A DNA stretch of 64,000 nt. It comes from a virus. Made by a program: the position numbers and the translations under genes. The DNA is taken from the IMG/VR virus record IMGVR_UViG_3300035698_016797, positions 117,031-181,030 of that record; one strand, 5' to 3'. The notes beneath the pieces were generated by a model. It was not told where the DNA came from, did not search any database, and was given only the letters and a program-made list of their open reading frames with translations. Each line of letters starts with the position of its first letter. Positions within the stretch are counted from its first letter, which is position 1. Positions 1-12,200 of this stretch are shown here, piece after piece.

Positions 1-1615
1 CTGGATGTGTTGATGGTTCATATTCTTTGGCCGTAGTGTTCCATTCAAAGACATAATCAAATGGTGAAAGTTGTGAAACGCCGGAAGCTGCCGTTCCATC
101 ACTATCACGAGATTGTCCGAACCATTCGTCTTCTTTTCCTGCCCATCCAGAAGCAGATGCTACAGCACCAGTTCCTCCACAATGAGAACATGCTCCAGGC
201 CATGGCATCCAAGCCTCATATCTCAATCCTAAAATACTAGCATATTTTTTTTCTCTGGAATTCGCAAGAAACGGATCATATGGAAAGATGTCGTCCAGCT
301 TTGTGTATCCCTGTTTTTCAGATTCTCCTTTGTATGAATCTGTTGCTGTTGCTATCAGCTCTGCCATCCCTCCCCACTCTGTAGTGCTTGGATATGTCAT
401 TGTGTGTTTAATATTGACGGTTGCAGCATCGTAACCACTCGTAACGTCCCATCCTGGATACAGAGGGCAACCAACAATACAATATCTTCCACTAGCATTC
501 GCCAATGCATATGTAGGCATGGAGTATCTGTACCCATCCCAATTGTAGTTGTTTAAATAGTAAACACTACTGGCTGTTGGAGTCATTGTCATATCTTTAT
601 GGTCTGGATGTATGTATGAGTGTCCACTATACCATTCAATCGGAGATCCAAACAGGCGGAATACGGTTGCAAGCTCGCTTGTTTTTTTGACAGAGTTGTC
701 CTTAATTACATTGACTGACCCTGAATGTTCACCAGTAGTATCTAAGACCAAATCGTAAATGTAATCTTTGTTAGGATTGGCAGAGTCCGCCGTGGCATAG
801 TGTAAAGGTCTCAAATCTCCTTGATTAGAATTTGATAGTGAAACTTTTGTGATTACCAAACCGTCCATTCCTGGATCATACACAATTTTGTATGTTCCGG
901 CAGAAGATATTGTCTGATAAATAGCTTCGGCTACAGAGGTGTTTTCAAACCTTAGCATTTTTGGAACAAAGCTTGCCAAATCTGAGGTGTTAGAAAAGTC
1001 AATAGAGGAATATGTAAACCAAGTAAGAGGAGTATATTCGGCATCAAATTCGAAGATTTGCTTTGCTGCACTGGCAAAAATATCCTCAATAATTTCTGCA
1101 ACTGTCATGTTTTCCTCTTTTACGACCAAGTTCTTTTCGTCCCAGTTCATTTCTCTTGGATCATCATAAGATTCGTTATAAATTTTAGTTACAGTTTCAT
1201 CGTTAAGTCTTGATTTCATGCATTTACATGTAACTGTGTACTGAGAACCCTTCCCACCTTTTTGATGTGCAACATTAGATACAATCCCCTGAAAGATTAT
1301 GCTCATGTCAACATCTCCCCATGAGCTTGCGACGCCTCCGGCACTTGTGGCTTTTGCAACAACTTCTTGCCCAATACTTGGAACAGTAAGACTTCCTTTG
1401 GCTTCATACGTAGTAGTATTACTGTCTGTAATGGTAAATGTCATAGTTCCTGGGACTGCATCTGATGTGACCGTTATAGAACTAACGTTACAGTCTAATT
1501 CTTCTCCTCCAGCTGGGGAAGCTCCAAGAACAAGAGTTCCAGAGACAAAGCTTTGAACTCTAATCAAGTATGGTGTTAGCGGTGATTGTACTTCCGTATT
1601 TGCATCAACTGTCAT
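1..1615 (-). CDS. Baseplate hub / tail protein, 3'-truncated by the window edge (538+ aa, MTVDANTEVQSP...)
   Basis: Absent from the ORF track because it runs off the window. Read manually: ATG at 1615 with SD AGAGGAAAGG, open frame to position 1. IFQGIVSNV...YTVTC resembles gp27/GpD-type hub N-termini; third gene after the tape measure. Confidence 0.6.
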   Translation of the reverse strand, partial: MTVDANTEVQSPLTPYLIRVQSFVSGTLVLGASPAGGEELDCNVSSITVTSDAVPGTMTFTITDSNTTTYEAKGSLTVPSIGQEVVAKATSAGGVASSWGDVDMSIIFQGIVSNVAHQKGGKGSQYTVTCKCMKSRLNDETVTKIYNESYDDPREMNWDEKNLVVKEENMTVAEIIEDIFASAAKQIFEFDAEYTPLTWFTYSSIDFSNTSDLASFVPKMLRFENTSVAEAIYQTISSAGTYKIVYDPGMDGLVITKVSLSNSNQGDLRPLHYATADSANPNKDYIYDLVLDTTGEHSGSVNVIKDNSVKKTSELATVFRLFGSPIEWYSGHSYIHPDHKDMTMTPTASSVYYLNNYNWDGYRYSMPTYALANASGRYCIVGCPLYPGWDVTSGYDAATVNIKHTMTYPSTTEWGGMAELIATATDSYKGESEKQGYTKLDDIFPYDPFLANSREKKYASILGLRYEAWMPWPGACSHCGGTGAVASASGWAGKEDEWFGQSRDSDGTAASGVSQLSPFDYVFEWNTTAKEYEPSTHP

Positions 1616-1627
1616 AACCTTTTCCTC

Positions 1628-2527
1628 TTAATATTGGGCAGTAAACGATACTGCCGTTCCTTTTCCGTTTCTTCCGGGAGACACACCTACGCTCGATCCA
1701 TCAATGAACAGGTCTAAAAATAATTCATCCCCAGAATCTAAACTATCTACAACTTTTATATCAACCTTTCCGTCCGTAAATCCATTGGATATATCCACCA
1801 ATGCTGCGTTGCCCAAGCTCCCAGAGGGAGGAGATACACAACCCGCTCCTGGCCCAGCCGTTCCCTGTACGGCGAAACTTCTTCTGTTCCACCCTGAAAA
1901 GTAAAGCTCAGAACCATTTGCAAACGTATATGTTTGTTCTGCTATCCTTGGTATCTCTGCTGTGATTGTAACAACTCCTCCATCAAGAATGTAGTCATTT
2001 GCATTGCTGCTGATTTTAACCTTTTTAGATGGTACTTCTGCTTCTATTAAAGTTGCACTATACTTAATAAGATTAGGCCAAAGAGTCTCTTCTATTGTAA
2101 GAGATTGAGGTCTCGCATAAACTCTTCCGCCGCCATTATTCAATAAACCACTTGGAAGAGGAACACACCTGTTGTCCTCAAGGGTTCCCCAACTTGACAT
2201 TGCAGTGGGAGCTACACCTTCTGATGCTGTTGAAAGGGCACTATATAGGGCTTCATATGCAGATTTTAAAGAGTTGTATTTAGATTCATCTGTTCCAGTT
2301 CCTCCTGATGGAAGAATCTCAGCGTTGATTGTAAACGTTCCATTGATAGTATAGACAGCCTTAGATCTTCCAACATTGGCTTCGTTATAAACAAACCCAA
2401 CCTGCATACTTGCAAGATAATATCCCCACAATGGATCATAAACCTCGCTTCTCACATCTGGAGTAACAGGAGGCGTTGGGTTTATGTCCAGAGATCGTAT
2501 GTGTCCATAATGTATTGGTAAAGACAT
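1628..2527 (-). CDS. Putative tail/baseplate structural protein (299 aa)
   Basis: Long ORF with SD AAGGA; position downstream of the tape measure; beta-rich composition. Confidence 0.5.
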   Translation of the reverse strand: MSLPIHYGHIRSLDINPTPPVTPDVRSEVYDPLWGYYLASMQVGFVYNEANVGRSKAVYTINGTFTINAEILPSGGTGTDESKYNSLKSAYEALYSALSTASEGVAPTAMSSWGTLEDNRCVPLPSGLLNNGGGRVYARPQSLTIEETLWPNLIKYSATLIEAEVPSKKVKISSNANDYILDGGVVTITAEIPRIAEQTYTFANGSELYFSGWNRRSFAVQGTAGPGAGCVSPPSGSLGNAALVDISNGFTDGKVDIKVVDSLDSGDELFLDLFIDGSSVGVSPGRNGKGTAVSFTAQY

Positions 2528-2536
2528 GTTTTATCC

Positions 2537-3286
2537 TTATAGTATCTGTGGAGGTGCAATCATTTCCGCTGTCATGTGTGCAATTTTATTTTCAACATCC
2601 CATCTCACAGAACCTTTGGTTATCATACACTCGTGAATATCAGTTTCTGTAGGCTCCAAGGCTTCTGGTATTGCCTCTGAAAGGTCAAACGTTAAAGGAT
2701 ACCCAGAAGGAGATGTGGCGCTATCAGAAGAAAGTCTTTGTTCCAACGTTGAAACCAATCCACTAGGATAAGCATCATTACTATTGACCACATAGTCTCC
2801 TGTAACAGTAACCTTAAGCATGTCGTGTCCCAGTTGTTGCCTTTGCCATCCGTCTACGGAGAATGCCGCGTCTTGTGCCCTTCTGATTTTAGATGGAGTT
2901 ATAGAAATCTTTGGGTTCCACAGGGTGTATCCCCACCATCCTATTGATGCAGCTGTACTTCCCGAGTTGTCGTTGTCAAATTCGAGAGTTACTTTTCCCC
3001 AATCTCTCCACACACCTCCGTCATAAGAGATTCCCTTCAGGATCATATTGTTTAAAACTGCGTGTGGAAGAGTTAGGGTTCCGACTCCAACGTTTGATCC
3101 CTTCATCGCATCAAGATCTGCGGCGGTCATTTCTGACGTTTGTAGGGTTCCTGTTACAGAAATTGACATAGTATTTCTGGCGGAGCCAGAGCCTTCCCAT
3201 GCAAACTTGTGCTGTATGTAATACATGATACGAGACAACGTGCACGTACCACTATCATTTGTAAAGGACATGTTGCTAAGTGCCAT
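2537..3286 (-). CDS. Putative distal-tail/baseplate protein (249 aa)
   Basis: ORF directly after the tape measure with SD AAGGAA; function inferred from position only. Confidence 0.5.
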   Translation of the reverse strand: MALSNMSFTNDSGTCTLSRIMYYIQHKFAWEGSGSARNTMSISVTGTLQTSEMTAADLDAMKGSNVGVGTLTLPHAVLNNMILKGISYDGGVWRDWGKVTLEFDNDNSGSTAASIGWWGYTLWNPKISITPSKIRRAQDAAFSVDGWQRQQLGHDMLKVTVTGDYVVNSNDAYPSGLVSTLEQRLSSDSATSPSGYPLTFDLSEAIPEALEPTETDIHECMITKGSVRWDVENKIAHMTAEMIAPPQIL

Positions 3287-3296
3287 AACCTGTTCC

Positions 3297-6200
3297 TTAT
3301 CCTATAGACTGATCTTGTACAATCTGACCAGTCTGCAACTGATCCCTGGTGTCCTGAGCCTGAATGATCAACGCTCTTAGTTCCGTTAGCATCTCAGTGA
3401 CGCTGTCATCAATAGAAACCTCAACGTTTCCTTCGTGTTCAACATGAGCACTACTTATATTACCCTCAGAACCGCTTATTGTTTTCATATTTTCTACGGC
3501 AAGCTTAAATTCTTCTGCAACTTGCCTGAATTGATTTACTACTGGAGCAAATTGAGCATCATTTGCGCGAGCAAAATCACTAGTACTGACATTTCTACCA
3601 GAACCATTTGCAAACCCTGGGACACCCATCTTTTCAAAGGTGTCTACGTCTCCAGCAGACAAAACTCTTTCTTGCCCATGAAGTAGTGCCAGTTGTGCCA
3701 TATTTCTACTACCAGGAAGTCTTCCGCGACTACCATTTTTGAATTGTCTGCCACCAGCCATTTTTTTAGCTTCATCAACAGTTAATTCTCCACTTCTAAA
3801 CTTGGCTAAAACTCCAAGTCCTTCATTGCTTGGTCTGCCATGTAGAACATTTGGTTTTTTAGGTACTTTTGCATATGGGTCTGATTTTATTCCCGGATCA
3901 CCAATTTTAGACTTTTTAATTACTATATGATAACCTCTATCTCTTAAATCTTGAATATATTTAGCCTGATCTTTCCAAGACATGGCATCAAGCATTGCCT
4001 TTTCGACATGAACCTTGCGTTTAGGACGTATAACTTTAGCTTTTGACCCACTCATAACTTGAGGGTTGGCTATGTTTATTTCTCTCTGCTTTGGCCTTGT
4101 AGAGATCGCCATTAAAGATTTGCTACTAGAGGTAGTTTTTGAAGTTTCAAGTTCTGACTTTTCTTGCTTCAACAATTCTAGCTGTTTCTGCTTTTGAAGC
4201 TCTTCTTTTAGCCAAACATCTCCCTGCTTTCTATTTTTAGGGTCGCCATAACGTGCACGACTCTGCATGGTTTGAACAAATTCACCAGTGGCAATATTAT
4301 ACTCTCTTCCCTCTCCATCAGTCTTCAGAAGAATACTTCTATTTAACGCTTTAATTCTTTGTTCAAGAGAGGAAATTTTCTCTCCCCTATTAAGGTCTGA
4401 ATAGCGAGATTTTTCATACGACAGAAAGCTATTTCCCCCTTTGTGAAAGTCTTCAAGGGTTGCATCTGGATATGTTTTTTGGAAAGACTCCAACGTTCTA
4501 AGAGCACCAGACTTTTTCAGAGAGTCTTTCATCTCTTTAAGCTCTTTGATGCGGTTTTCAGATTGTCTGGCTTGTTTTGTAGGTCTGCCTCCTGGGCCAA
4601 CCTCTTGCGATCTGTTTTGATGGAACGCAGATGCTTCTTTGAGCCATTTTGCGACTTGAGTGGGAGCTTCATTGTAGAGTTGATTGTTGTAGAACTTGGT
4701 AAATCCTGGATCGGCCTTCATAGCCTTGAAAAGTTCTTCATTCTTGAATTCCAAGTCGCTCATTAGTTTGACGGCACGAGTAGGCTCACGCCTTTTGACA
4801 TGTTCTGCAATTTTATCTTTGATAGCCTGAACGTGATGACGCCAGTCTCCATAGACTCTTTTATTTCTGTCGTCGTCTCCTTCTAAATTTCCAACTGTTG
4901 TTGCCCTTTTGAGAGATAGGGGTTCAAGCTCTTTAAGTTTTTCTACAAACCTTTTCTTCTCATCAGGAAGAGGCATACTTCCAGTAACAAGACGACTCAT
5001 CCAACTTTCGTACATTGCAAAACGATCACCATCTGTATACTTTTCCGTATCCATAAGTTTGGAAATAAGAGAGCCTGCTGTTCCTTTTCTGGAAATCTTA
5101 GAAAGATGTTGTCCAACATTGGGCCAGTCAAATTGTGGATATATATCAGTGGCGGCAAATGCACTCTTATAGTTCGTAGGAATGGCGTTATTCCCCAATT
5201 GATTAGAGAGAAACTTGCTCATTCCAGAGTCATATCTTGTTTTTCTATTACCGGCTCCAAGCTTTCGTAACTCCTCTAAAAATTCAAAGACGTTTCCAGC
5301 GTTGGCGCTTGTGTCTGTTCCACGTTTTGTAAGGGTTGAGCTTGTAAGATTAGCCTTCATAAGTTGGCCAAGACGATGTCCATAATTAGCCCTCATGGAA
5401 TCTTTTGAATCTCCACGAGCTAAGCCTTCCCCAATACCAAAGTCAACACCGGCAGATCCAAAGATCGTCATACCGCCCCTGTTGAGAAATGAGCTGTTTC
5501 CGTCTTCGGCAGTAGCGGCAATCATTCTGTCGGCAGTTGAAATAGTTCCAACGGAATCTTCCTTGTCACTCTTAAATAGATTTCCAACACCACGCCCACT
5601 TTCTTTTAAAGTTTTTAGAGCTAGGGGAAGACCAAGATTGGCTACCGTGGTTCCAACACCTCTCATCAACTGTCCTGTTCCATGGGTTGCACCACGGGCG
5701 CTTAGAAGACTTGCGTTTCCACCTTTGTCTCCACCAGCAAGAGCTTCCATTCCAACTCCACCAACGTTAATAAGAGATCCAATTGCAGATGTTGTAAACG
5801 CTGTGGTTGCAGCAGCAGATCCAAGAGCCTTGCCTGCAAGTTTTCCGGCAGATCCAAGAACCTTTCCAGCTCCACGTCCTACGTTACCAGCATGTCTGCC
5901 CATTGTTGGCATTGCAGCCTTCCCATTAACGAGGGCGTTTCCTATTTGACCCTTGGCAGCTGTTAATGCCTTTCCAATTCCTCCACGAGCAGATCCAAGA
6001 GCATCACCGATTCCTTTCGCCATAGGGCCGACCTTGCCGGTTGAAGCTCTTAGGGTAGAGCCTGCAAGTTCGGTAGCCTTTTTGAAAGAGCCAGGATTAA
6101 GTTTGTTGAGAATGGAAGAGTCTAGTCCAAACATTCCAGATTCCCAAGCAGTAGATCTAAGTTTTCCAAAAGTGGATTTGTCGTCATCCATCCATGCTGC

Positions 6201-9200
6201 ACCAATATTACTAGCATGGTTGACAGCGGACATTCCTATTCCAGCCGTCCCAAGTCCTACACTGGAATTTTTGCCAATAACCTTTTTAAGACCACTAATT
6301 CCCATTGCTCCAGTAGAACCAATTCCACTTAGATTCCCAACCATTTGTGCGTATAGATTATTTTTGTCAAAACTTTCACCTTCTCTAAGGTTTTTTAAGT
6401 CCATTGCTGTACTAATGTTTTCATGAAGTTCGTATGCGTGTTTTCCAGCCTCAAATGCTCCTCCAACAGCAACTACTCCTCCAAGCCCAAACTTATTAGC
6501 ACCAATAGATTCGGCCATTCCTTCTGACAATTTGAACTTTTCTCTCCAGCCCACTCCAAACGGTATTTTGCTTCCAGTTTCAAATCCTGGAACACCAAGT
6601 CTTTCATAAGAGTCAACTTCGTTTGCTGAAAGAACTCTTTCCTGTCCATGTAATACAGACAGTAATGGTTGAGATCTTCCCAGTGGAATTCTTCCGTTAG
6701 TAGATTTGTAAGATCTTCCTGTCCCTCTTGCTTCATGAGGAAGTCCCATGTTTCCAACGTTTTGCCCCGTGATAACATCTCTTACAGTTCCCCTGTCTCC
6801 CATTGATGCACGAAGCATCATTGACATCATTTTGACAAGTTCTACCATTCCGCTTTTTTCATCATTTCCCGCACCGGCTATCTGTTTTTTGGTAAGCGCA
6901 TCCCATTGACGAAAGGAGTCTGGACTCATTCCTCCAGAGCCTCCTATACCAGCCGCAAGCTTTTGACCCAGAGCTTCAATTTCTGAAATCTCTACAGGTG
7001 CAGCTTTTGCTCTCGCTGCAACCAACATTGTAGTTGCTGCTGCAAAGATGATTTCAGCGGCATTCATTTGTAGCTTACTTGCCTCTGCAAGAGCAATGCT
7101 TTCCTCATTTCTTGCCATTTTGTCTACGAGAGCACCTATCAGAGTACTTGTCTTGGCAAGTTGCTTTAGTCCTGGATCTGAAAAGATTCCCTCAAGAGAT
7201 TTTCCAGAAGACTTAAGTGCTTGAATGTAACCATATGCTGCCTTTTCTTGACCGGACGCCATTGCGAAATTCTTTCGCATTGCAGGATCACTTTCTCTAT
7301 TAACATTCTTAATTGCCTTTCCAGCCTGTGCTATTGCACCTCTCATGGTTGCAGTGACAGCTTCTGGCAGACGTCCTTCAAATTGATTCATCACCTGAGC
7401 TGCAACAACCGCGATTTCTTTCATTTCACCAGTCACAGTCTTAGTCATATTTACTTGTGCCTGAAAAACTCCTGAACCAAGCATTTTTGCTGCACTGTAT
7501 TCTGCACGAGAACGCTTCTGTAGCTGTACCTGTTTAGCCATTGCACTAAGCATTTTCAATTGAGCATTAGCTTTTTGCTCTGCGAGCTTGGCAAGTTCTG
7601 CTTCAAACTTTGCTCCCATTTGAGAAAGTTTGTTTACTTCAGCCTGTGCGGCTGAGATGTTTTCGTGAAGTTGATATCTGTCTCTTAAAGCCTTTAGGTC
7701 TCCCTCTTGCTTTCTAATACTTGCAAGTTGATTGGCAACTGTACTGATTGTGATGTTCAGCGCCCTCATATTTGAGATTTCGCTAGAGGCAACACCCTTG
7801 ATTATCTTTTGATAACTGTTTAGGTATTGGGTAAATTCCTTATAGTTTTTGAAGAAGTTATCAAGCTCAACTCTTGATGCAATGATGCTGTCCTTATATC
7901 TTTCTTGGGCATCTGCACTCTGTACAAGAACCTGTCTCATATTAGAGAATTCTTTGATGGATTTATTCAACGCATTAAGCTGAGTTCTTGCAGCCTTAAT
8001 CTTCTGTTCAAGATTTCCCATCTCATCTTTTGCACCATCAGACTTGTTGGCCATATTTCTATATTCTGTAATAGACTTTGTAAGACCTTGAATTTCTTCT
8101 TTCAGTTCTTGGGCATTTCTTTTCCTTCTCTGGATTTGTCTCAACAGAGATGTTGCAACGGCATCCATGGGTGCCTGAAGAGCATTGAGTTGCTGACGAG
8201 TATTACTGAACAGAGAGTTTACTTCAGAATTTATGCGACGAGCAGCATCTGTTGTTAACTGGAAATCTTTAACAAGAGCTTTTCCAACTTGGATACGAGA
8301 AAGCTTCCCAGCTTGACCATGAACCTTCTTAAGCCCTTCACTGGCCTTTACAGAGAGATCAGTTACTTCTTTAATGCTCGATCTAAGCTGTGTGTACGCC
8401 TGCTTCTCAAGTATTGATTGTGCAAGCAGTAATGCCTCTGTTAATTTGTTGCTACCAAGCCTTGCTCTTTCCTGTGCGTCTGATACGTCATTAAATTCGG
8501 CAACCAATTTCTCCGTAGAGTAGTCGAGGTTTGCCATTTGGAAAATCTGATTCATCCAGTCTGCATACGACTGGAATGTTTTTAGTGCGCCATCTGCACC
8601 CTCTCCCATGTCATAAAATCCCTTTGCTGTTTGTTTCGCGCTTTGAGATACTGCGCGAGCATACAGAGTGGGAAGTTCAAGGATCAATTGACGTTGCTTT
8701 TCGTTCATTGCCATACTGGCCATTCCAGCAGAGAACATGTCCGAAATGCTTCCTTCTGGTTTCTGTGCCATTTTTCCCATCATGGCAATTGTACTACCAA
8801 GGCTTTCAACGTTTAGTTTTGCATTTTCAATATTATTGATTGCAGTCTGAAACTCTGGACCAATAGCACCAATCAATTTTGGCAGACTTTCCATACTTTT
8901 TGATGTTAACTGAATCTGACGACGCAACTCTGGAAGCGTGTCTGTTTGAAAAAGTGTGAACTGTTGAAGTTTAAGAGGGTGCTCCATCTGCATCTTCATT
9001 ATGCTGTAATTGTCTATTATACTTTGGAACAAAGTCTTCGATGTTGTCCCGAATCTTTTCAGAGCTTTAAGAGGTGTTCTGAGAAGTCCAGAACCAAGCG
9101 TATCTAGGGATATAATCACATCTTCATACTTTTTGAGGTCAATATCTGGTGCTTGAACCGACAAGGCTTTCAACGCACCTTTTCTAACCGTAGTAGTATC

Positions 9201-12200
9201 GCTATCCTTGTTTACCTCGAAGTTAATATTGCTAGTATCTCCAGCACCTTCTCCTGTAAACTTTCCATTTTTACCAAGGAATTTTGTTCTCTGTACAGTA
9301 AATGCTCTCATTCCTTCAGAAGCTTTGCGAGTCATATCTTCAAACAGGATGAATTGTTCAGCTCTTTCCTCAAGAACCTTTTTCACACCAGGAGACATCC
9401 TAAAGGATAATCCCTTGAAAGATTGTGATATTTTCTTTCTAGCCAATTCGCTAACAACTTGCTGTTCACTAGAGTGTTTGGCAAGCGTGCTGAGGGCAAT
9501 CTTCTCTTCTTTAGTAAGGGTGTTCATCATGGTACTGGCAGATTTAATACCTCTCATTGCCATATAAACAGCAGTTCCCTGGTCTTCTATTGCCCTATAA
9601 ACGTGTTCTGATTGTTTGTCTACCTGGGTTCTAATTGTAGATTGAGCATCGCTCATCTTGATGATGCTTTGGTCTATGCGTGCACGCTTCTCTAACAAAC
9701 TTCTTCCCATACCAAGGGGTCCATCTTTAAGAGCTTTCTCGGGACCAACCTTCGCAATCTTTGCATCAATACTGCGTCTTTCCAATTCAAGCTTGTCAAG
9801 TCCCTTGTTGTATCCTTTCATTTGCCCAACAAGACTGTCGAATAGGGTTCCTCCAAACATTCCTGTGCTCTGGAAGAATGCAGACGTAGAGGCTTTTGAT
9901 CTCAATTGCTTGCGAGTTTTATCCCTTTTCTCACTGTTCCCAAATGCAGATTCTGCTGCATCTGCATTGATTCCATTATACAGTGCTGGGGCACCAATCT
10001 TTCTTGCACCGGGAAGAAGTCTACTTAGAGCATCTTCTGCATCCTTAAAATTTTGCATATCAATTGGAGTGATAGGCTGAGAATTTTTCATCAAATCGCT
10101 AATGCGCATATATACACTTAATGATGCATCAAGAGTTTTAAGACGTTCCTGTTCTAGTCCAATAATCCTACGGGTAAGAGCTTCGCTGCCAGTGATTCTT
10201 TTCCCAATATCACCAATAGCTCTTCTTGAAAGAGTTAACGTTGCCAAGATTGCCAAACCGGCGGCAACCCATCCTTGCTTGAACTGGAAGGCTGTTTTGG
10301 TTGATTTTACAAGCATCTTATTGATGCCACCAATTGCACTTCCAACTTTTTCGCTACTGCCCACCATGTTTCCTACCATGGTTCCAAAAATAGCTTGATT
10401 CATTACAATAGAACCTGTCGCGTTAGCAACATCTCCCATCATGGTTCTTCCACTTGGGCTAAACATATCCTTTTGCGTTTGAGCAAACGTTTTCATCGCT
10501 ATACCGGTCATCGTTAATTGTAAACGATACCTATTGAAAAACATGTGTGTCTGTTCTCCAACTTCTGCAATCTTGTTCTTTTGTTTGTCCCAGGCTTTGC
10601 CCATTCCAGAGAAGTAAATCTGTTCTTTTTCGAGTCTAGCTTTGGCTGTTTCTCCAGCACCTCTTTTAAGTTCTTGCTCTTGTTCTGGTGATGTACCTTC
10701 TCCTCTTGCAGATCTTGCGGCAAGTCTGGCTTGAAGAATATCATTGGTCATCGTTTCGCTAGTCTCGTTTTGGCCGAGAAACTTTCCAAACCCCGTACCT
10801 TTACCTCCAAAACCTGTTCTTGCAAAACCTGTAATTCCTTGCTCTTTTCTCCACTTAGACATTCGGCTATTCATAGCCTTATTTACACCCTGTCTTTCTC
10901 CTCCATGTGCAACAAATTGATCTAGGCCAGAAAATCTAAATGCTCTAGCTCCAACTGCTCCAATACCTCCAAGAACACCTGCTGTTGCGAATAATGACTT
11001 GCCAGGCATTTTTTCAAAAATACCAGTAACATCCTTAGTGAGAGATGCTATTGATTTCAAAATGCTTAAAGCGCCAGAGTCTCCAATCTGAGCATATAGA
11101 CTTTGAAACCCTGCTCTCATGGATGCTAACTGTTTCTCCGTAGTATCCATAACCTTCTGATTCTCTCGGAAGGTTGAACCTTGAGAATCAAGACTGAGTT
11201 TTGTAGATTTGATTACGTCGTCCCACTTATCCATAAGAACAAGGATACTGTTATAACGACGAGTTCCCGCAATCGTAATCGCAGCATTCTGTCTTTGGAC
11301 GTTGGTAAGAGTTTTCCATCTTCCGCCAAGTTGTTGTAGAATACTAAATGCATCCCTGAATTGACCGTCAGCGTTATATACTGCAATACCAAGGTTCTGT
11401 AGGGCTTCTACTGCCTCGTCCGTTCTTAAGTGGGATAGAATGTATCTAAAAGACCTACCTAGCTGATTACCAGTCTGTCTGGTTGAAGATCCTACGGCAG
11501 CTACAAAACCATTCAACTCATCAAAAGTGATACCGGCAATACGAGCTGCTGTACCAGACTGTTTTACAGCCTGAGCAAGGGTTGCAGATGTAACGGCTGT
11601 TCTGTTCTCAACTTCATTCCATGCATCAAGAATTCTAATCGAATCTTTGTCTTCGATATTAAACTGTCTAATTGCGGCAGTAAGAGATTCTGTTGCCTCT
11701 GCTGCCTTCAGTACGGTAGTGTTTGATGCTATCATAGCTGTCTCTGCAAGCTGGGTTGCTGCGGCAGCACTTTTGCCCTGTTGTGCAAAGATTGTCATGG
11801 CGTTTGCAGTTTCTACAATTGAAGTACCAAATTCTTTAGCCATTCTTTGGGAAGATTGTGAAACCTGTTCGATGTTTACGAACAAAGGGTTCATTACCTT
11901 AGTAACGTTGACAACGGCAGATTCAAATTGAGTCATCGTTTGAACTGCATTGCGAAGCCTGTGGATTACTCCGTATAGAGCAAAAGACATTCCTCCGTAT
12001 AGAACAACTCTATTGGCAACACCCTTTACCAGCTTGTTTACGGAATACTCTGCCGCGAGAGTTTCTCTAGCTGTTTTCCCAACCTGTTTTTCGTGTCTTG
12101 CAAGTGCAGATGGGTCCGCTGTCTGTAGGGTGCTGGCTTTTCCTTCTCCGGCACTTGCCATGTGAGACAGACGACTTCTCAATCCTTCTTGTAGACCTTG

